Below the pieces are notes generated by a model, which was not told the DNA's origin, did not search any database, and saw only the letters and a program-made list of their open reading frames with translations. A stretch of 64,000 nt of DNA from Thermoplasmata archaeon (GTDB taxonomy: Archaea > Thermoplasmatota > Thermoplasmata > UBA10834). The stretch lies in assembly GCA_020696365.1 (NCBI GenBank), contig JAEHCM010000007.1, positions 717-64,716 of the forward strand. Direction: 5' to 3'. Positions 9,591-18,496 of this stretch are shown here, piece by piece (position 1 is the stretch's first letter; each line of letters opens with the position of its first letter). A program made the position numbers and the translations under genes.

Positions 9591-9977
9591 TCACGCTCCT
9601 CCCTTCAGGCTTTCGAGCTTCTGCTTCCTCCAGCTGTCCGAGAGGTCAAGCTTCGTGATGACCACGTTCGACGGATCGATCGGCTGCTCGGTCTGGGTGC
9701 CGTCCGCCTTCGGGATCGTGATGTTCTCGATTATTATCTTGTAGCTCTGGAGGTCGATGGACGCGACCTTGTTCTCCGAACCCTTCAGGTCGCTGGCCCC
9801 GCGGACGATCCTCACAGTGTCGCCCTTCCGAACTGGGACGGAGCGTGTGTTGTACTCGCGCATCAGTGCGGAGTCTAGATGTGCCGATACCATGCGCCGT
9901 CTCTTGTGGAGCGGGGCTTGGCCCCTCGCCTTCCTCTGCTTCCTTGCCTTGTGACTCGTGGTGCTCATCCGATCCAC
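9591..9977 (-). CDS. rpl24: 50S ribosomal protein uL24
   Basis: 128 aa with KOW region VRKGDTVRIVRG. The start could instead be the ATG 9 nt downstream. Confidence 0.9.
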   Translation of the reverse strand: MDRMSTTSHKARKQRKARGQAPLHKRRRMVSAHLDSALMREYNTRSVPVRKGDTVRIVRGASDLKGSENKVASIDLQSYKIIIENITIPKADGTQTEQPIDPSNVVITKLDLSDSWRKQKLESLKGGA

Positions 9978-9978
9978 C

Positions 9979-10386
9979 TCACACTATGACCGAGGCGGTC
10001 GCCGCTATCCTCGGCCAGCGCTCCGCCGCCTCTCGGGCCACCGGGCCCTTGATGTCCGTGCCCTTCGTCTCGCCCGTCTCGGTGACGATGACCACGGCGT
10101 TGTCCTCGAACTGGATCATCGTGCCCTCGGGGCGCCTGTACGGCCTCCTCTGACGCACGATCACAGCCCGCATTATCTGCTTCCTCGTCTCGGGCGTGCC
10201 CTTCTTGACCGTGACGACCAGCATGTCACCGATCGCCGCGCTCGGGTATCTCCTGCTGGTGCCGTGGTACCCTGGCACCGCGATGACCTGAACTATCTTC
10301 GCGCCCGTGTTGTCGATGCAGTTGAGCCTCGCACCGGTCGGTATGCCCCTGGTCCGCCTGCCTGGTAATCCTTTCATCGCGGTCAC
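9979..10386 (-). CDS. rpl14: 50S ribosomal protein uL14
   Basis: 135 aa, ...[18 protein letters not shown]... typical uL14. Confidence 0.95.
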   Translation of the reverse strand: MTAMKGLPGRRTRGIPTGARLNCIDNTGAKIVQVIAVPGYHGTSRRYPSAAIGDMLVVTVKKGTPETRKQIMRAVIVRQRRPYRRPEGTMIQFEDNAVVIVTETGETKGTDIKGPVAREAAERWPRIAATASVIV

Positions 10387-10734
10387 CTACCTCTTCTTCT
10401 CTATCACGACATACGATACGCGCTTGCTCAGGGGCCTGCACTCCATTATGCTGACTTTGTCCCCTGTCTTCATCTGCATGCAGGCAGGGGCGTGAGCGAG
10501 GTACTTGCTGGTCCTCTTCTCGTGCCTCTCGTACTTCGGTATGTACTTGAGGTGCTCCCTCTCCACCGCCACGGTGCCCTGCATCTTGGTCGACACGACG
10601 GTCCCGGTCAAGACCGTCCCTCTAACTGGCAGCTCGCCATGGAACGGGCAGTTGCAGTCCTCGCACGTGCCCTCTGGCGGCTCCACATCGAGCCCTATGT
10701 TGGCCGCTGCCTCCTTCTTCATAGCCATCGTCAC
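10387..10734 (-). CDS. rps17: 30S ribosomal protein uS17
   Basis: 115 aa with archaeal uS17 motif CEDCNCPFHGELPVRG. Confidence 0.95.
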   Translation of the reverse strand: MTMAMKKEAAANIGLDVEPPEGTCEDCNCPFHGELPVRGTVLTGTVVSTKMQGTVAVEREHLKYIPKYERHEKRTSKYLAHAPACMQMKTGDKVSIMECRPLSKRVSYVVIEKKR

Positions 10735-10749
10735 ATCACCTTCGCCATC

Positions 10750-11013
10750 TCAACGCACTTTCTTGATCCTGTCCTCAGGTCTGAACCTTATATCGTTCCC
10801 GGAGACCGTATGCGTCTGTCCATCTTCCTCGAACTTGAACTCGCAGCCGACCTTCGCGATCACCCGCTCAGCGCCGTCCTGCTCGATCATCATCGTGTTC
10901 TTCGTCTCGTCCACGACCCTGCCACGCATCCCCACTTGGGACGGACAGGTCGATGCCGAGACGGCGACATCCAGTCCGATGAACAGTCTTCTCCGGAAAT
11001 CCTTTGATTTCAT
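10750..11013 (-). CDS. rnp1: RNase P protein component 1 (Rpp29/Pop4)
   Basis: 87 aa, ...GMRGRVVDETKNTMMIEQDG... Conserved position between aIF1 and uS17. Confidence 0.85.
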   Translation of the reverse strand: MKSKDFRRRLFIGLDVAVSASTCPSQVGMRGRVVDETKNTMMIEQDGAERVIAKVGCEFKFEEDGQTHTVSGNDIRFRPEDRIKKVR

Positions 11014-11019
11014 GCTCGG

Positions 11020-11319
11020 TTACCTTGAGTCCACTGAGAACCCGAGCTCTTCGAGCGTCTCCTTGACTTTCTTCTTGTGGTCACCCTGGAGTTCGATCTT
11101 GCTGTCCTTGTAGGTGCCGCCTGCGGCACACTTCGTCTTCAGCTTCCTCGCGAGCTCCTCCATGTCGATGTCTCCGGAGTCTATCCCATCGACAACGGTG
11201 ACCACCTTGCCATACCGTCGGGTGTCAGTGGTTATTCTGATCTGCTGCTGCTCCTTCGCTATCTGTTCGCAGATGCATAGTTCCTCAGGCAATCCACATA
11301 CCGAGCAAATACCCGCCAT
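11020..11319 (-). CDS. translation initiation factor aIF1 (SUI1)
   Basis: 99 aa, N-terminal CxxC...CxC knuckle plus SUI1 core ([13 protein letters not shown]...[10 protein letters not shown]...IELQGDH). Confidence 0.9.
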   Translation of the reverse strand: MAGICSVCGLPEELCICEQIAKEQQQIRITTDTRRYGKVVTVVDGIDSGDIDMEELARKLKTKCAAGGTYKDSKIELQGDHKKKVKETLEELGFSVDSR

Positions 11320-11672
11320 TACTTCTTCTCCTCCTGATCCTCTCGATCCAGGCTCTTCGTGTCGTCGTCCTCGACCTCGTCCACCGCCTCCTTCTCAGGG
11401 AGGCTTACCGGGGCCTTTGGCTTCTTCTCACTCTTGGCTTTCGGGACCTCTGCCGGCCTCTCTATGGCCAGCTCGAGCTCCCGTTGGACTGTCATTATGC
11501 GCGCGATGTTCGTTCTGATCGCCCTGATCTTGCCAGGGCTGGCTGGTGCGCCTCCCATGGCTGCGACGCCTCTCTCGTGCATGAGCTCGTCGTTGAGTTC
11601 CTTGAGCTTGGTGTCGCGGCCATCGGGTCTCATGGCCCTGAGGTCCTTCGTCTTCAGCAGCGCCATCGTCAT
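11319..11672 (-). CDS. rpl29: 50S ribosomal protein uL29 with charged C-terminal tail
   Basis: 117 aa. uL29 core (LKTKDLRAM...[11 protein letters not shown]...[14 protein letters not shown]) plus a ~45-aa K/E/D tail. Confidence 0.9.
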   Translation of the reverse strand: MTMALLKTKDLRAMRPDGRDTKLKELNDELMHERGVAAMGGAPASPGKIRAIRTNIARIMTVQRELELAIERPAEVPKAKSEKKPKAPVSLPEKEAVDEVEDDDTKSLDREDQEEKK

Positions 11673-12721
11673 TTCTCCTCGGACGGTTTCTCATCCTTCT
11701 TCTTGTCGGGTTCGGGCTGCTTCTCAGCCGGCTCCGTCTTCGGCGCCGTTTCAGGCTCGGCCTTTGGCTCACCATCCGTGGCCGGCTCGACGGGCTTCTC
11801 ATTCACTGGGATTACCGCCTTCGGCTTCGCCGGCTCGATGGCTTTGGTCTCCGTAGGAGCCTCGGAGGCGGGTTTATCGGAGGCCGCCTTGTCGCTCTTC
11901 TTGCCCTCCTCGGCCTCCGGCTGCTCCGAAGGGGCCTTCTCCTTCTTCTTCCTCGGTTTGGAGGTAGCTGTCTTCGGTTTGGAGGCGGCCTTCTTCGGCT
12001 TATCCTCCTCGCCGTCGACGGCCTTCTTCAGCTTCTCGACCGCCTCGGCCGCGCGCTCCTCCTCCTTCGCCTCGCGCTCCTTCCCGGCATCGACCACCGG
12101 CTCGGTAGGCGTAGCCACTGGCTCGGGCGGAGGTATGATGTCTATCTCGTCCGGAAGCCTAGCATCCGGATGCATGATCTGAACTGTGACGCCTATGACG
12201 CCGGGCTTCATCCTGGCGCTCGCGAAACCCCTCTCCATGAAGTCCAGCTTGGCCTGGCCGCAGAACTTGATGTGGCCGTTCTTGAACTTTTCCCTCCGGT
12301 GGCGTCGACCCGTCAGTTTACCCGCGACGGTCACCTGGCAGCCCCTGGCGCCGGATTCCATGATCCTCCTCACGGTCGAATGGCCAGCACGTCTGAAGTG
12401 CCACCCCCGTTCGAGCGCGCTCGCGAGTTTCTCCGCCATGATCTGGGCGTTCAGGTTGGGGCTCTCGACCTCCTGCACCTCGATCTGCGGGTTGCTGAAA
12501 TTGAAGTCGGTCTCGATGGCCTTCGTGAGGCTCTTGATGGCCTCCCCGCGCCTGCCGATGACGAGGCCTGGTCGCTCCGTGATTAGCGTGACGCGAGTGC
12601 CCATAGGCGTCCTCTGGACGTCGAGTCCTCCGAAGCCTGCCCTGCTCACCTTGGACATTACGTACTCCTTGAGCAGCACCCTCCGGATCTTCTCGGTGAC
12701 GAATTTCCTCTCGCTTGCCAT
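11669..12721 (-). CDS. rps3: 30S ribosomal protein uS3 with ~150-aa K/E/P/A-rich C-terminal extension
   Basis: 350 aa. KH/uS3 core to about aa 195, then low-complexity sequence to the C-terminus. Confidence 0.95.
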   Translation of the reverse strand: MASERKFVTEKIRRVLLKEYVMSKVSRAGFGGLDVQRTPMGTRVTLITERPGLVIGRRGEAIKSLTKAIETDFNFSNPQIEVQEVESPNLNAQIMAEKLASALERGWHFRRAGHSTVRRIMESGARGCQVTVAGKLTGRRHRREKFKNGHIKFCGQAKLDFMERGFASARMKPGVIGVTVQIMHPDARLPDEIDIIPPPEPVATPTEPVVDAGKEREAKEEERAAEAVEKLKKAVDGEEDKPKKAASKPKTATSKPRKKKEKAPSEQPEAEEGKKSDKAASDKPASEAPTETKAIEPAKPKAVIPVNEKPVEPATDGEPKAEPETAPKTEPAEKQPEPDKKKDEKPSEEK

Positions 12722-12746
12722 TGAAATCCTCCGTCTGGGGCCATCC

Positions 12747-13199
12747 TCAGGATGACCTCTCGGCCTCCTCTAGTATGATCTCTATGTTTGTCGTCTGCTC
12801 GTTCCAGGGGGTGCTCCTGCCGAACGCCCTGGGCATGTAGCCTTGCGTGACCCTTCCCCTGTTCGCGGTCGCCCATTTGACCTTCATGTTGTCCGCGTCG
12901 AGGCCCTTGTACTCCGCGTTCGACCGTGCGCTCTCTATGACCGCCAGGATCGCCTTCGCCGCCTTCACTGGATATCTGGCCGGCCCGACCTTCGGTTTGG
13001 GGCTGAGGTACAGCTTGAACCTGGAGTATGGCACGGGCGTCTTCAGGTCCGCGACGCCCTGCAGGTAAGTCCTCACCTGTTCGATATTCATACCCTTCAG
13101 CATCTTGCAGACCTCCCTGCAGTGCTTGGGCGATACGCTCACCTCCTTGCCGATGGCCTTGGAGGTCGTCTCCGGATCCGTATCCTGTGTGTATCCCAT
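12747..13199 (-). CDS. rpl22: 50S ribosomal protein uL22
   Basis: ATG at 13199 (MGYTQDTDPETTSKAIGKEV...) preceded by GGGAGGTCG. The ORF-track start at 13262 overlaps uS19. Confidence 0.9.
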   Translation of the reverse strand: MGYTQDTDPETTSKAIGKEVSVSPKHCREVCKMLKGMNIEQVRTYLQGVADLKTPVPYSRFKLYLSPKPKVGPARYPVKAAKAILAVIESARSNAEYKGLDADNMKVKWATANRGRVTQGYMPRAFGRSTPWNEQTTNIEIILEEAERSS

Positions 13200-13218
13200 G
13201 TTGCTTCGACCTCCCACA

Positions 13219-13794
13219 TCACTTGAGCGGCATGAACTTGGACGACCTTGTCGCGCCCACACCTAGTCCTGAGTGATTCACGGCCTTCCTGGTCAGCGCG
13301 AACTCGCCCAGCGAATGCCCTATCATCTCAGGCTTGATCTCTACCGACTGGAACTCCTTGCCGTTGTACACGCTTACCGTCTTGCCGACGAACGACGGCA
13401 GGATGAATATCTCCCTCCGATGGGTCCTGACCGGCCCTTCGGAGGACTTGAGTCTGTTCACGAACGACTCCTGCTCGGAGTTGAGGCCGCGTATGAACGA
13501 CCTCCTCGCCCTCGCGGGGAGCAGCTCTATGATATCGGCCAGAGGCATCTTCAGGAGCTCCTCCATCGTATGCCCTCTATACGTGAACTCCTTCTTCCTC
13601 CGGGCCTGAATCTGGCTCTTCTTCTTCCTCGTCCTCCTGCGTGCGGCCTTCGCAGACCCTCCGTGCCTCGCAGAGGGCTTAGGCTTCTTGATCGGCTTCG
13701 CAGCGGCACCGGCGCCAGCAGCGGCCGGCTTCGGCGTCGCCACCGGAGCAGGGACAGGGGCCGCGGTTGAATCGGCCTTGGTAGTCTCAGCCAT
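13219..13794 (-). CDS. rps19: 30S ribosomal protein uS19 with ~65-aa A/P/K-rich N-terminal extension
   Basis: 191 aa. Canonical uS19 begins at RKKEFTYRGHTMEELLKM.... ATG at 13794 lies 5 nt after the uL2 stop. Confidence 0.9.
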   Translation of the reverse strand: MAETTKADSTAAPVPAPVATPKPAAAGAGAAAKPIKKPKPSARHGGSAKAARRRTRKKKSQIQARRKKEFTYRGHTMEELLKMPLADIIELLPARARRSFIRGLNSEQESFVNRLKSSEGPVRTHRREIFILPSFVGKTVSVYNGKEFQSVEIKPEMIGHSLGEFALTRKAVNHSGLGVGATRSSKFMPLK

Positions 13795-13798
13795 TTAA

Positions 13799-14512
13799 TC
13801 ACACCTTCCTCGACTTCTTGCGTGGCTTCTTCTTGGGCGCCAGGTTGCCCACCTTCCTCCCTGGAGGTGTGTTCCTGCCCACGCTGGACTGCGTCCCGAC
13901 ATGTGGGTGGGCGCCTCCTCCGTGCGGGTGGTCGGCCGCGTTCATCGCGACCCCCTTGACATTGAAATACGCCTTCGCCTTCGACCCGTACGCGTGGAAC
14001 TTCTTGCCAGACTTCGCGAACGGTTTCTCCTTGTGTCCTCCGCCGGCGACGAGGCCGACAGTGGCCTTGCACTTGTTGTCGACCTCCTTGAACTGGCCAG
14101 ACGGCAGCAGGATGACGGTCTTCGTACCGTGGCTGACGATCGTCGCGGCATTTCCCGCAGTCCTGACGAGCTTGCCGCCGTCTCCCGGCTGCAGCTCCAC
14201 ATTGTATACGATCGTTCCCTCGGGCAGCTCGCCGATCGCCATCGAGTTTCCTGCGGCGATAGAGCTCGTGGAGCCTATGGCGACCTCCTGCCCGACCCAC
14301 GCTCCGTCGGGTGCCAGCATCCAGAACTCCTTGCCGTCCATGCGGACCTTCGCCAGCGGGGCGATCCTCCCAGCCTCGTGTTTGAAGTCGACAATCACGC
14401 CGTTCCCCTCGCGAACTCTGGGATGCCTAGCGTTGGTGAACTTGAGGTGCCTCGGGGACCTGTAACGTCCGTATCCCCGGCCCCTTCTCTGAGTTATGAG
14501 ATTCTTGCCCAT
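13799..14512 (-). CDS. rpl2: 50S ribosomal protein uL2
   Basis: 237 aa, ...MNAADHPHGGGAHPHVG... typical uL2. Confidence 0.95.
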   Translation of the reverse strand: MGKNLITQRRGRGYGRYRSPRHLKFTNARHPRVREGNGVIVDFKHEAGRIAPLAKVRMDGKEFWMLAPDGAWVGQEVAIGSTSSIAAGNSMAIGELPEGTIVYNVELQPGDGGKLVRTAGNAATIVSHGTKTVILLPSGQFKEVDNKCKATVGLVAGGGHKEKPFAKSGKKFHAYGSKAKAYFNVKGVAMNAADHPHGGGAHPHVGTQSSVGRNTPPGRKVGNLAPKKKPRKKSRKV

Positions 14513-14524
14513 CGTGACTCACCC

Positions 14525-14803
14525 CTAGAATATGCCTATCCTCATGCCGATCTCCTCGGCCGAATAGCCTTCCTTCAGCTTGATGATGGCGTGCTTGCCG
14601 TCCTTGGCGATCTTGATGTTGATCTTATCCACCTTCGCCTCGAAACGCCTCTCGAACGCCTTCTTCACATCCGCCCTGGTGGCGTTCCTGCGGACGACGA
14701 ACTCGAGCTTGTTGCCGTCCTTGAGTTTCTGGTTGGGAGTGCCGGACATGGCGTTCATGGTCTTCTCTGTGACATACGGATGGAGTAGTATCGTCCCTTT
14801 CAT
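14525..14803 (-). CDS. rpl23: 50S ribosomal protein uL23
   Basis: ATG at 14803 (MKGTILLHPYVTEKTMNAM...) forms an ATGA overlap with the uL4 stop. The ORF-track 5' extension is Arg-rich junk overlapping uL4. Confidence 0.9.
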   Translation of the reverse strand: MKGTILLHPYVTEKTMNAMSGTPNQKLKDGNKLEFVVRRNATRADVKKAFERRFEAKVDKINIKIAKDGKHAIIKLKEGYSAEEIGMRIGIF

Positions 14804-15624
14804 TCGCCCCACCTGCCTATCTCTGCGAGCGCGGTCTCTGTGATCATCGTCAGCCTCCCGGGGTCTCCGCCCGGGGCCAGCACGGACGCGTTCAGCGCTT
14901 TCGGGGTGACGACCTCTATCCCTGCCAGGTTCCTGATGCTCCTGCCTCCGTCGCACTCGTCGGAGACGATGACCAGGATGCCCCGCGGGCTCCTGTATTT
15001 CCGCCCGCGCATTTTGCCCTTGCCAGGTCTTATCTTGCGGCCGTTCTTGGCCCTTGCCACATCGGCGTACACGCCTATGGACGAGAGCGACTCTATGGCG
15101 TCCTTCGTCGACTTGATCGATTCGAAATCGTCCTTCACGACGACTGGCACTGTAAGCTCCTCGTCGAACTGGTGCCCTCTCCCGCGCACTATCTCTGGCA
15201 CGCTCGTCGCGTGGAGCGCTGCCATCTTCGCCTGGTGGATCTCCTTCTTGTTTATCTTCTTTCCGAGGTCCTTATCGACCTTCGGCGGGTGCGCGCGACG
15301 CCCGCCGACGTTGTTGGGCGACTGGGCAGCACGGGAACTGCCCTTCAGCCTCTGCACTCTCGCGACCCCACGGCCCTTGCCCCAGGTCGATACCGCGTGA
15401 CGCGTTCCTGCGGTCGGCTTGGGCCCGTATGGCTGCCTCGCGTTGGCCTCCATCGCGGTGACTGCCCTGCGTATCAGGTCCGGTCTGTAGTCGGCCTTGA
15501 ATGCGGTGGGCAGCTCGGCCTCGCCCGCGATCTCGCCGTCGAGGCCGTAGACGTTGAGCTTCACAGGGGCGTGTTTTCCGTCCGGAACACGGGCCTTTTT
15601 CTGCTTGATTGTTTTCTCAGCCAT
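14800..15624 (-). CDS. rpl4: 50S ribosomal protein uL4
   Basis: 274 aa; sequence and cluster position. Confidence 0.95.
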   Translation of the reverse strand: MAEKTIKQKKARVPDGKHAPVKLNVYGLDGEIAGEAELPTAFKADYRPDLIRRAVTAMEANARQPYGPKPTAGTRHAVSTWGKGRGVARVQRLKGSSRAAQSPNNVGGRRAHPPKVDKDLGKKINKKEIHQAKMAALHATSVPEIVRGRGHQFDEELTVPVVVKDDFESIKSTKDAIESLSSIGVYADVARAKNGRKIRPGKGKMRGRKYRSPRGILVIVSDECDGGRSIRNLAGIEVVTPKALNASVLAPGGDPGRLTMITETALAEIGRWGE

Positions 15625-15628
15625 TCAA

Positions 15629-16639
15629 TCACGCCCCCTGTTTTGATTCAATCGATATGAATGTCACCTGCGGCGACTCGGAGAGCTTTATCCCTGTATC
15701 TCTCACGGGATCCCTGAGCCTCACGAGCCTCTTCGATGGTCCGGGGACAGAGCCGTGGATGAGCAGGTAGGGGTTACTCAACACTCCGTAGCTTATGAAG
15801 CCCCCCTTCGGGGTGACCTCTTCTCCCTTCTCTCCTATCTTGAGCACGCGCTTGTTGAGCTCCGTCCTCTGATGGAACCCGATCTGGCCGCCCTGCGGGA
15901 CGGTGGGTCTGACATAGCCTGGCCTCTTAGGGCCTAGGTTGCCGGCCAATCTCCGGTGCTTGCTGTTCTTGTGCATGAGCAGCTTCGTGCCCCACCTCTT
16001 GGTAACTCCCTGCCAGCCCTTGCCCTTCGTGATCGAGCTGACGTCGACCATCTCGCCTTCCTTGGTAAAATCACTGATAGCGACCGTCTTGCCGAGGATG
16101 CCCTTGGCGAATTGCACGCGCGCGTCCAACGTTCCGCCGCCCACGCGGACCTCCATGAGATCCGGCTTCTTCTTCGGCAGGCCAGACACGAGTGCTGGCT
16201 GCGTGTGAACAAGAACCCTTATGTCGTCGTACTCCAGCTTCTCCGCCTTAGACCAAGCACCCTTCTCGTCGTATTGCTTCGGCACGGGCAGCCTTCTGGA
16301 CAGGTTCTTGTCGAGCTTCGCGCTCCAGATCTCGCCCACCGCCTTGCGACCGTAAGGTGATATGTCGTACAGCCTGATGCCACAGACCTTCATCGGCGGC
16401 ACCTCGACCACGGTCACGGGCACCTGTATCTCCTGCCCGGCTGTGGTACTCTTCGGTCTGTAATCTACTATGATCGCGTGTGTCATTCCTGCCTTGTATC
16501 CGGCAAACCCCTGCAGCTTGGCGTCATCCCCTTCGACCTCTGGCCAAGAGGATACCCTGGCGGTTATGCTTTTGGCTCTCTTCCTGGGCGAATAGCCCAT
16601 CGAGCCCTTCCTCGGACGTCTCCTTTTTGGCATATGCAA
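15629..16639 (-). CDS. rpl3: 50S ribosomal protein uL3
   Basis: 336 aa, MPKRRRPRKGSMGYSPRKRA... First gene of the cluster. Confidence 0.95.
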   Translation of the reverse strand: MHMPKRRRPRKGSMGYSPRKRAKSITARVSSWPEVEGDDAKLQGFAGYKAGMTHAIIVDYRPKSTTAGQEIQVPVTVVEVPPMKVCGIRLYDISPYGRKAVGEIWSAKLDKNLSRRLPVPKQYDEKGAWSKAEKLEYDDIRVLVHTQPALVSGLPKKKPDLMEVRVGGGTLDARVQFAKGILGKTVAISDFTKEGEMVDVSSITKGKGWQGVTKRWGTKLLMHKNSKHRRLAGNLGPKRPGYVRPTVPQGGQIGFHQRTELNKRVLKIGEKGEEVTPKGGFISYGVLSNPYLLIHGSVPGPSKRLVRLRDPVRDTGIKLSESPQVTFISIESKQGA

Positions 16640-16824
16640 TCCCTCGTCTCGAAGCTAGATACCGCTAGCTCGATGTCCTCGATATCAATCGAGCACTGAG
16701 TCGAGGCACTCGTTTTCGACCGTGACGCCTCGTGCACGCCTGAAAACCGATTTCAGCGCGAGTGTTGGGTTGCCACAAGTGCATTGCCCATACGGCGTCT
16801 GGTCGATACCGCCTCGGTATCGCA
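16640..16824 (-). promoter_or_regulatory. putative structured 5' leader of the uL3 operon
   Basis: 244-nt gap upstream of rpl3. Minus-strand hairpins include CGAUACC-GAGGC-GGUAUCG, CUCGAU-UGAU-AUCGAG, AGCUAG-CGGUAU-CUAGCU and CGAGGC...GCCUCG. Downstream of the TATA at 16847-16854. Confidence 0.4.
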
Positions 16825-16846
16825 AGGCTGCTGAATGGAGTGCTTG

Positions 16847-16854
16847 TATATAAA
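16847..16854 (-). promoter_or_regulatory. TATA box candidate (TTTATATA) for the uL3 operon
   Basis: Minus strand reads GGTCATTTTTATATACAAGC. This is the only strong TATA in the gap. Confidence 0.45.
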
Positions 16855-16883
16855 AATGACCGTTCGCCCACCTGCGCCCAGTC

Positions 16884-17207
16884 CTAGGCCGTGTCCTTCT
16901 TTGCCTTCTTCTGGGCGCGTTTGCCGCGCTCCTTGCTCGTGTAGCCCGTCGCCCTCTCGAGGAACGTGTTGTACGCCTTGATGGTCTTCTGGGCTACTTC
17001 TTCCGGGACCGAGGGATCCATCTGCGTGTCGACCGATAGCATGTTCTTGCCGCTCTGCCAGGCACGTAGCTCCTTCAGGGCGCCGAATGAGGAAACGAGC
17101 TGCTCTCCATTCTGCTCGACTTTGCCGAAGATATCCTTCATGTGCTCCTTGAGTTTCTCCGGTGCGATGTTCCCCTGATGGCCCCTGCGTACCTCGTACT
17201 CGTTCAT
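16884..17207 (-). CDS. conserved hypothetical small protein
   Basis: 107 aa with balanced composition, a basic C-terminal tail (KERGKRAQKKAKKDTA) and tight spacing to neighbours. No family recognised with confidence. Confidence 0.65.
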   Translation of the reverse strand: MNEYEVRRGHQGNIAPEKLKEHMKDIFGKVEQNGEQLVSSFGALKELRAWQSGKNMLSVDTQMDPSVPEEVAQKTIKAYNTFLERATGYTSKERGKRAQKKAKKDTA

Positions 17208-17225
17208 CAGCTGACCTCTGGCACT

Positions 17226-18266
17226 CTAAGCTCCGTGCTTCCTGAAAAACCTTTGGAGGTCAGGCGTGCCACCGACGATCAGCCCTTCGAGCTCCCGGAT
17301 GGTCTCCCAGAGACAATGGCACTCGCATTCCGACACCTGAATCTTGTTGCGTGATTGGGTGAGCGAGAACTCGCGGATTGCCGAGAGCGCCTCCTCGTCA
17401 CATCCACCACAGTTGTGTGCGCCCCTTTCGCGTCCGCCTCCTGTCGGGTCGCACACGACCTTTCGGTCCAGCTCTGCGCAGGCGTTCAGGACTTCTATCA
17501 CGCTCCAGAGCCACGGCGACCTATACGACCAGCTCTTCCAGAGCCGCTCCACGATGGTCCCTTTCTGCACATTGACCGGGTTGATCGAGATGGTGTCGCT
17601 CATGAGGGCCGCGTGCTTCGCCGTCGAGATGGCGTCCTCTATCGCCTCCGCCTCTGTGAGGTAGGGTGGTTTGAGGAGGACATACGAACGCAGCCTCGCA
17701 CCCGCCGACTTGACGGCAGACGCGGCGCGGTCGTAGTCTGCGACCGTCATGTCCTTGTTGATCGCGAACTCCAGAACCCTATCGTTAGCGCTCTCCAGGC
17801 CGATCGCGACCTCGATATCGTCGTGTACTTGGAGCGCCGCCCCGAGACTATCCTCGGTAATGAACTCGGTCCTCGATTCGAGCAGGAGGCCCCGTCCGCT
17901 GTCCCTGCACCAGCTCAGAATCTCCCTCTGAGCATCGAGAGGCATCTCCCGTTGGTCAAGGAACGATCCCGATGTGTATACTTTGAGGAACTGCGTACCG
18001 TCCAGGCTCTTCGAAGCCGATTGGAACTGAGCGATGACGTCCTCCGACGAGATCCCTTCGGAGGACTCCTGGTTGTACCCGCACATCGTGCATCCTCCGC
18101 CCCGGGAGTGCGCGCACCCTGAAGTTCTGAGAATAACCACGCCTGCATCGACCACCTCGCCTCCGAGGTTCTCTTTCTCCTTCCAGACGGACACAGGCTC
18201 CCTCGGGCTGCGCCTCCTCCGACGCTGTTCGCTTTCAATCGGATGCCTATGATCGTCGTCCGTCAT
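17226..18266 (-). CDS. radical SAM protein, TIGR01210/RaSEA-like (putative archaeosine biosynthesis)
   Basis: 346 aa with Cys cluster SGCAHSRGGGCTMCGY near the N-terminus and a C-terminal Cys-rich region (CGGCDEE...ECECHC). The family assignment is from memory, not from a search. Confidence 0.6.
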   Translation of the reverse strand: MTDDDHRHPIESEQRRRRRSPREPVSVWKEKENLGGEVVDAGVVILRTSGCAHSRGGGCTMCGYNQESSEGISSEDVIAQFQSASKSLDGTQFLKVYTSGSFLDQREMPLDAQREILSWCRDSGRGLLLESRTEFITEDSLGAALQVHDDIEVAIGLESANDRVLEFAINKDMTVADYDRAASAVKSAGARLRSYVLLKPPYLTEAEAIEDAISTAKHAALMSDTISINPVNVQKGTIVERLWKSWSYRSPWLWSVIEVLNACAELDRKVVCDPTGGGRERGAHNCGGCDEEALSAIREFSLTQSRNKIQVSECECHCLWETIRELEGLIVGGTPDLQRFFRKHGA

Positions 18267-18301
18267 CAGAACACCGGCGGCAATCAGCCGACTGCGGCCG
18301 C

Positions 18302-18496
18302 TCAGAGGTCGTACGGCTTCAGCGTCTTCCTGCCGTTCTTCTTCGCCCTCTTCGCTGCCTGCTCGACCATCGAGTGGACCTCACGGTCCAGCTCGCGATA
18401 GAACTCCTCTGAGATCCTGAAACCGTCGCCCGCAACGTCCTTCACATCTGAGACCTTGATAATCATCTTGCCGTTTCGTATATTGGAGATCGACAT
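18302..18496 (-). CDS. DUF1931-like histone-fold small protein
   Basis: 64 aa from the ATG at 18496: MSISNIRNGKMIIKVSDVKDVAGDGFRISEEFYRELDREVHSMVEQAAKRAKKNGRKTLKPYDL. GGGAGAG lies 6 nt upstream. Confidence 0.6.
   Translation of the reverse strand: MSISNIRNGKMIIKVSDVKDVAGDGFRISEEFYRELDREVHSMVEQAAKRAKKNGRKTLKPYDL

Noticed and set aside
13551-14300. Long ORFs on the strand opposite to, or out of frame with, conserved genes (e.g. 13551-14300, 18646-19548, 48841-49980, 60482-61414, 6004-6657, 35327-36016, 24197-25003)
   Set aside because: They overlap clearly homologous genes in another frame or strand and have Arg/Pro/Gly/His-rich junk composition. Such stop-free alternative frames are expected in GC-rich DNA.
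16665-16871. 68-aa minus-strand ORF in the gap upstream of rpl3
   Set aside because: It spans the TATA box and hairpin-rich leader and has a Arg/Ser-rich composition. It is better explained as non-coding leader RNA.
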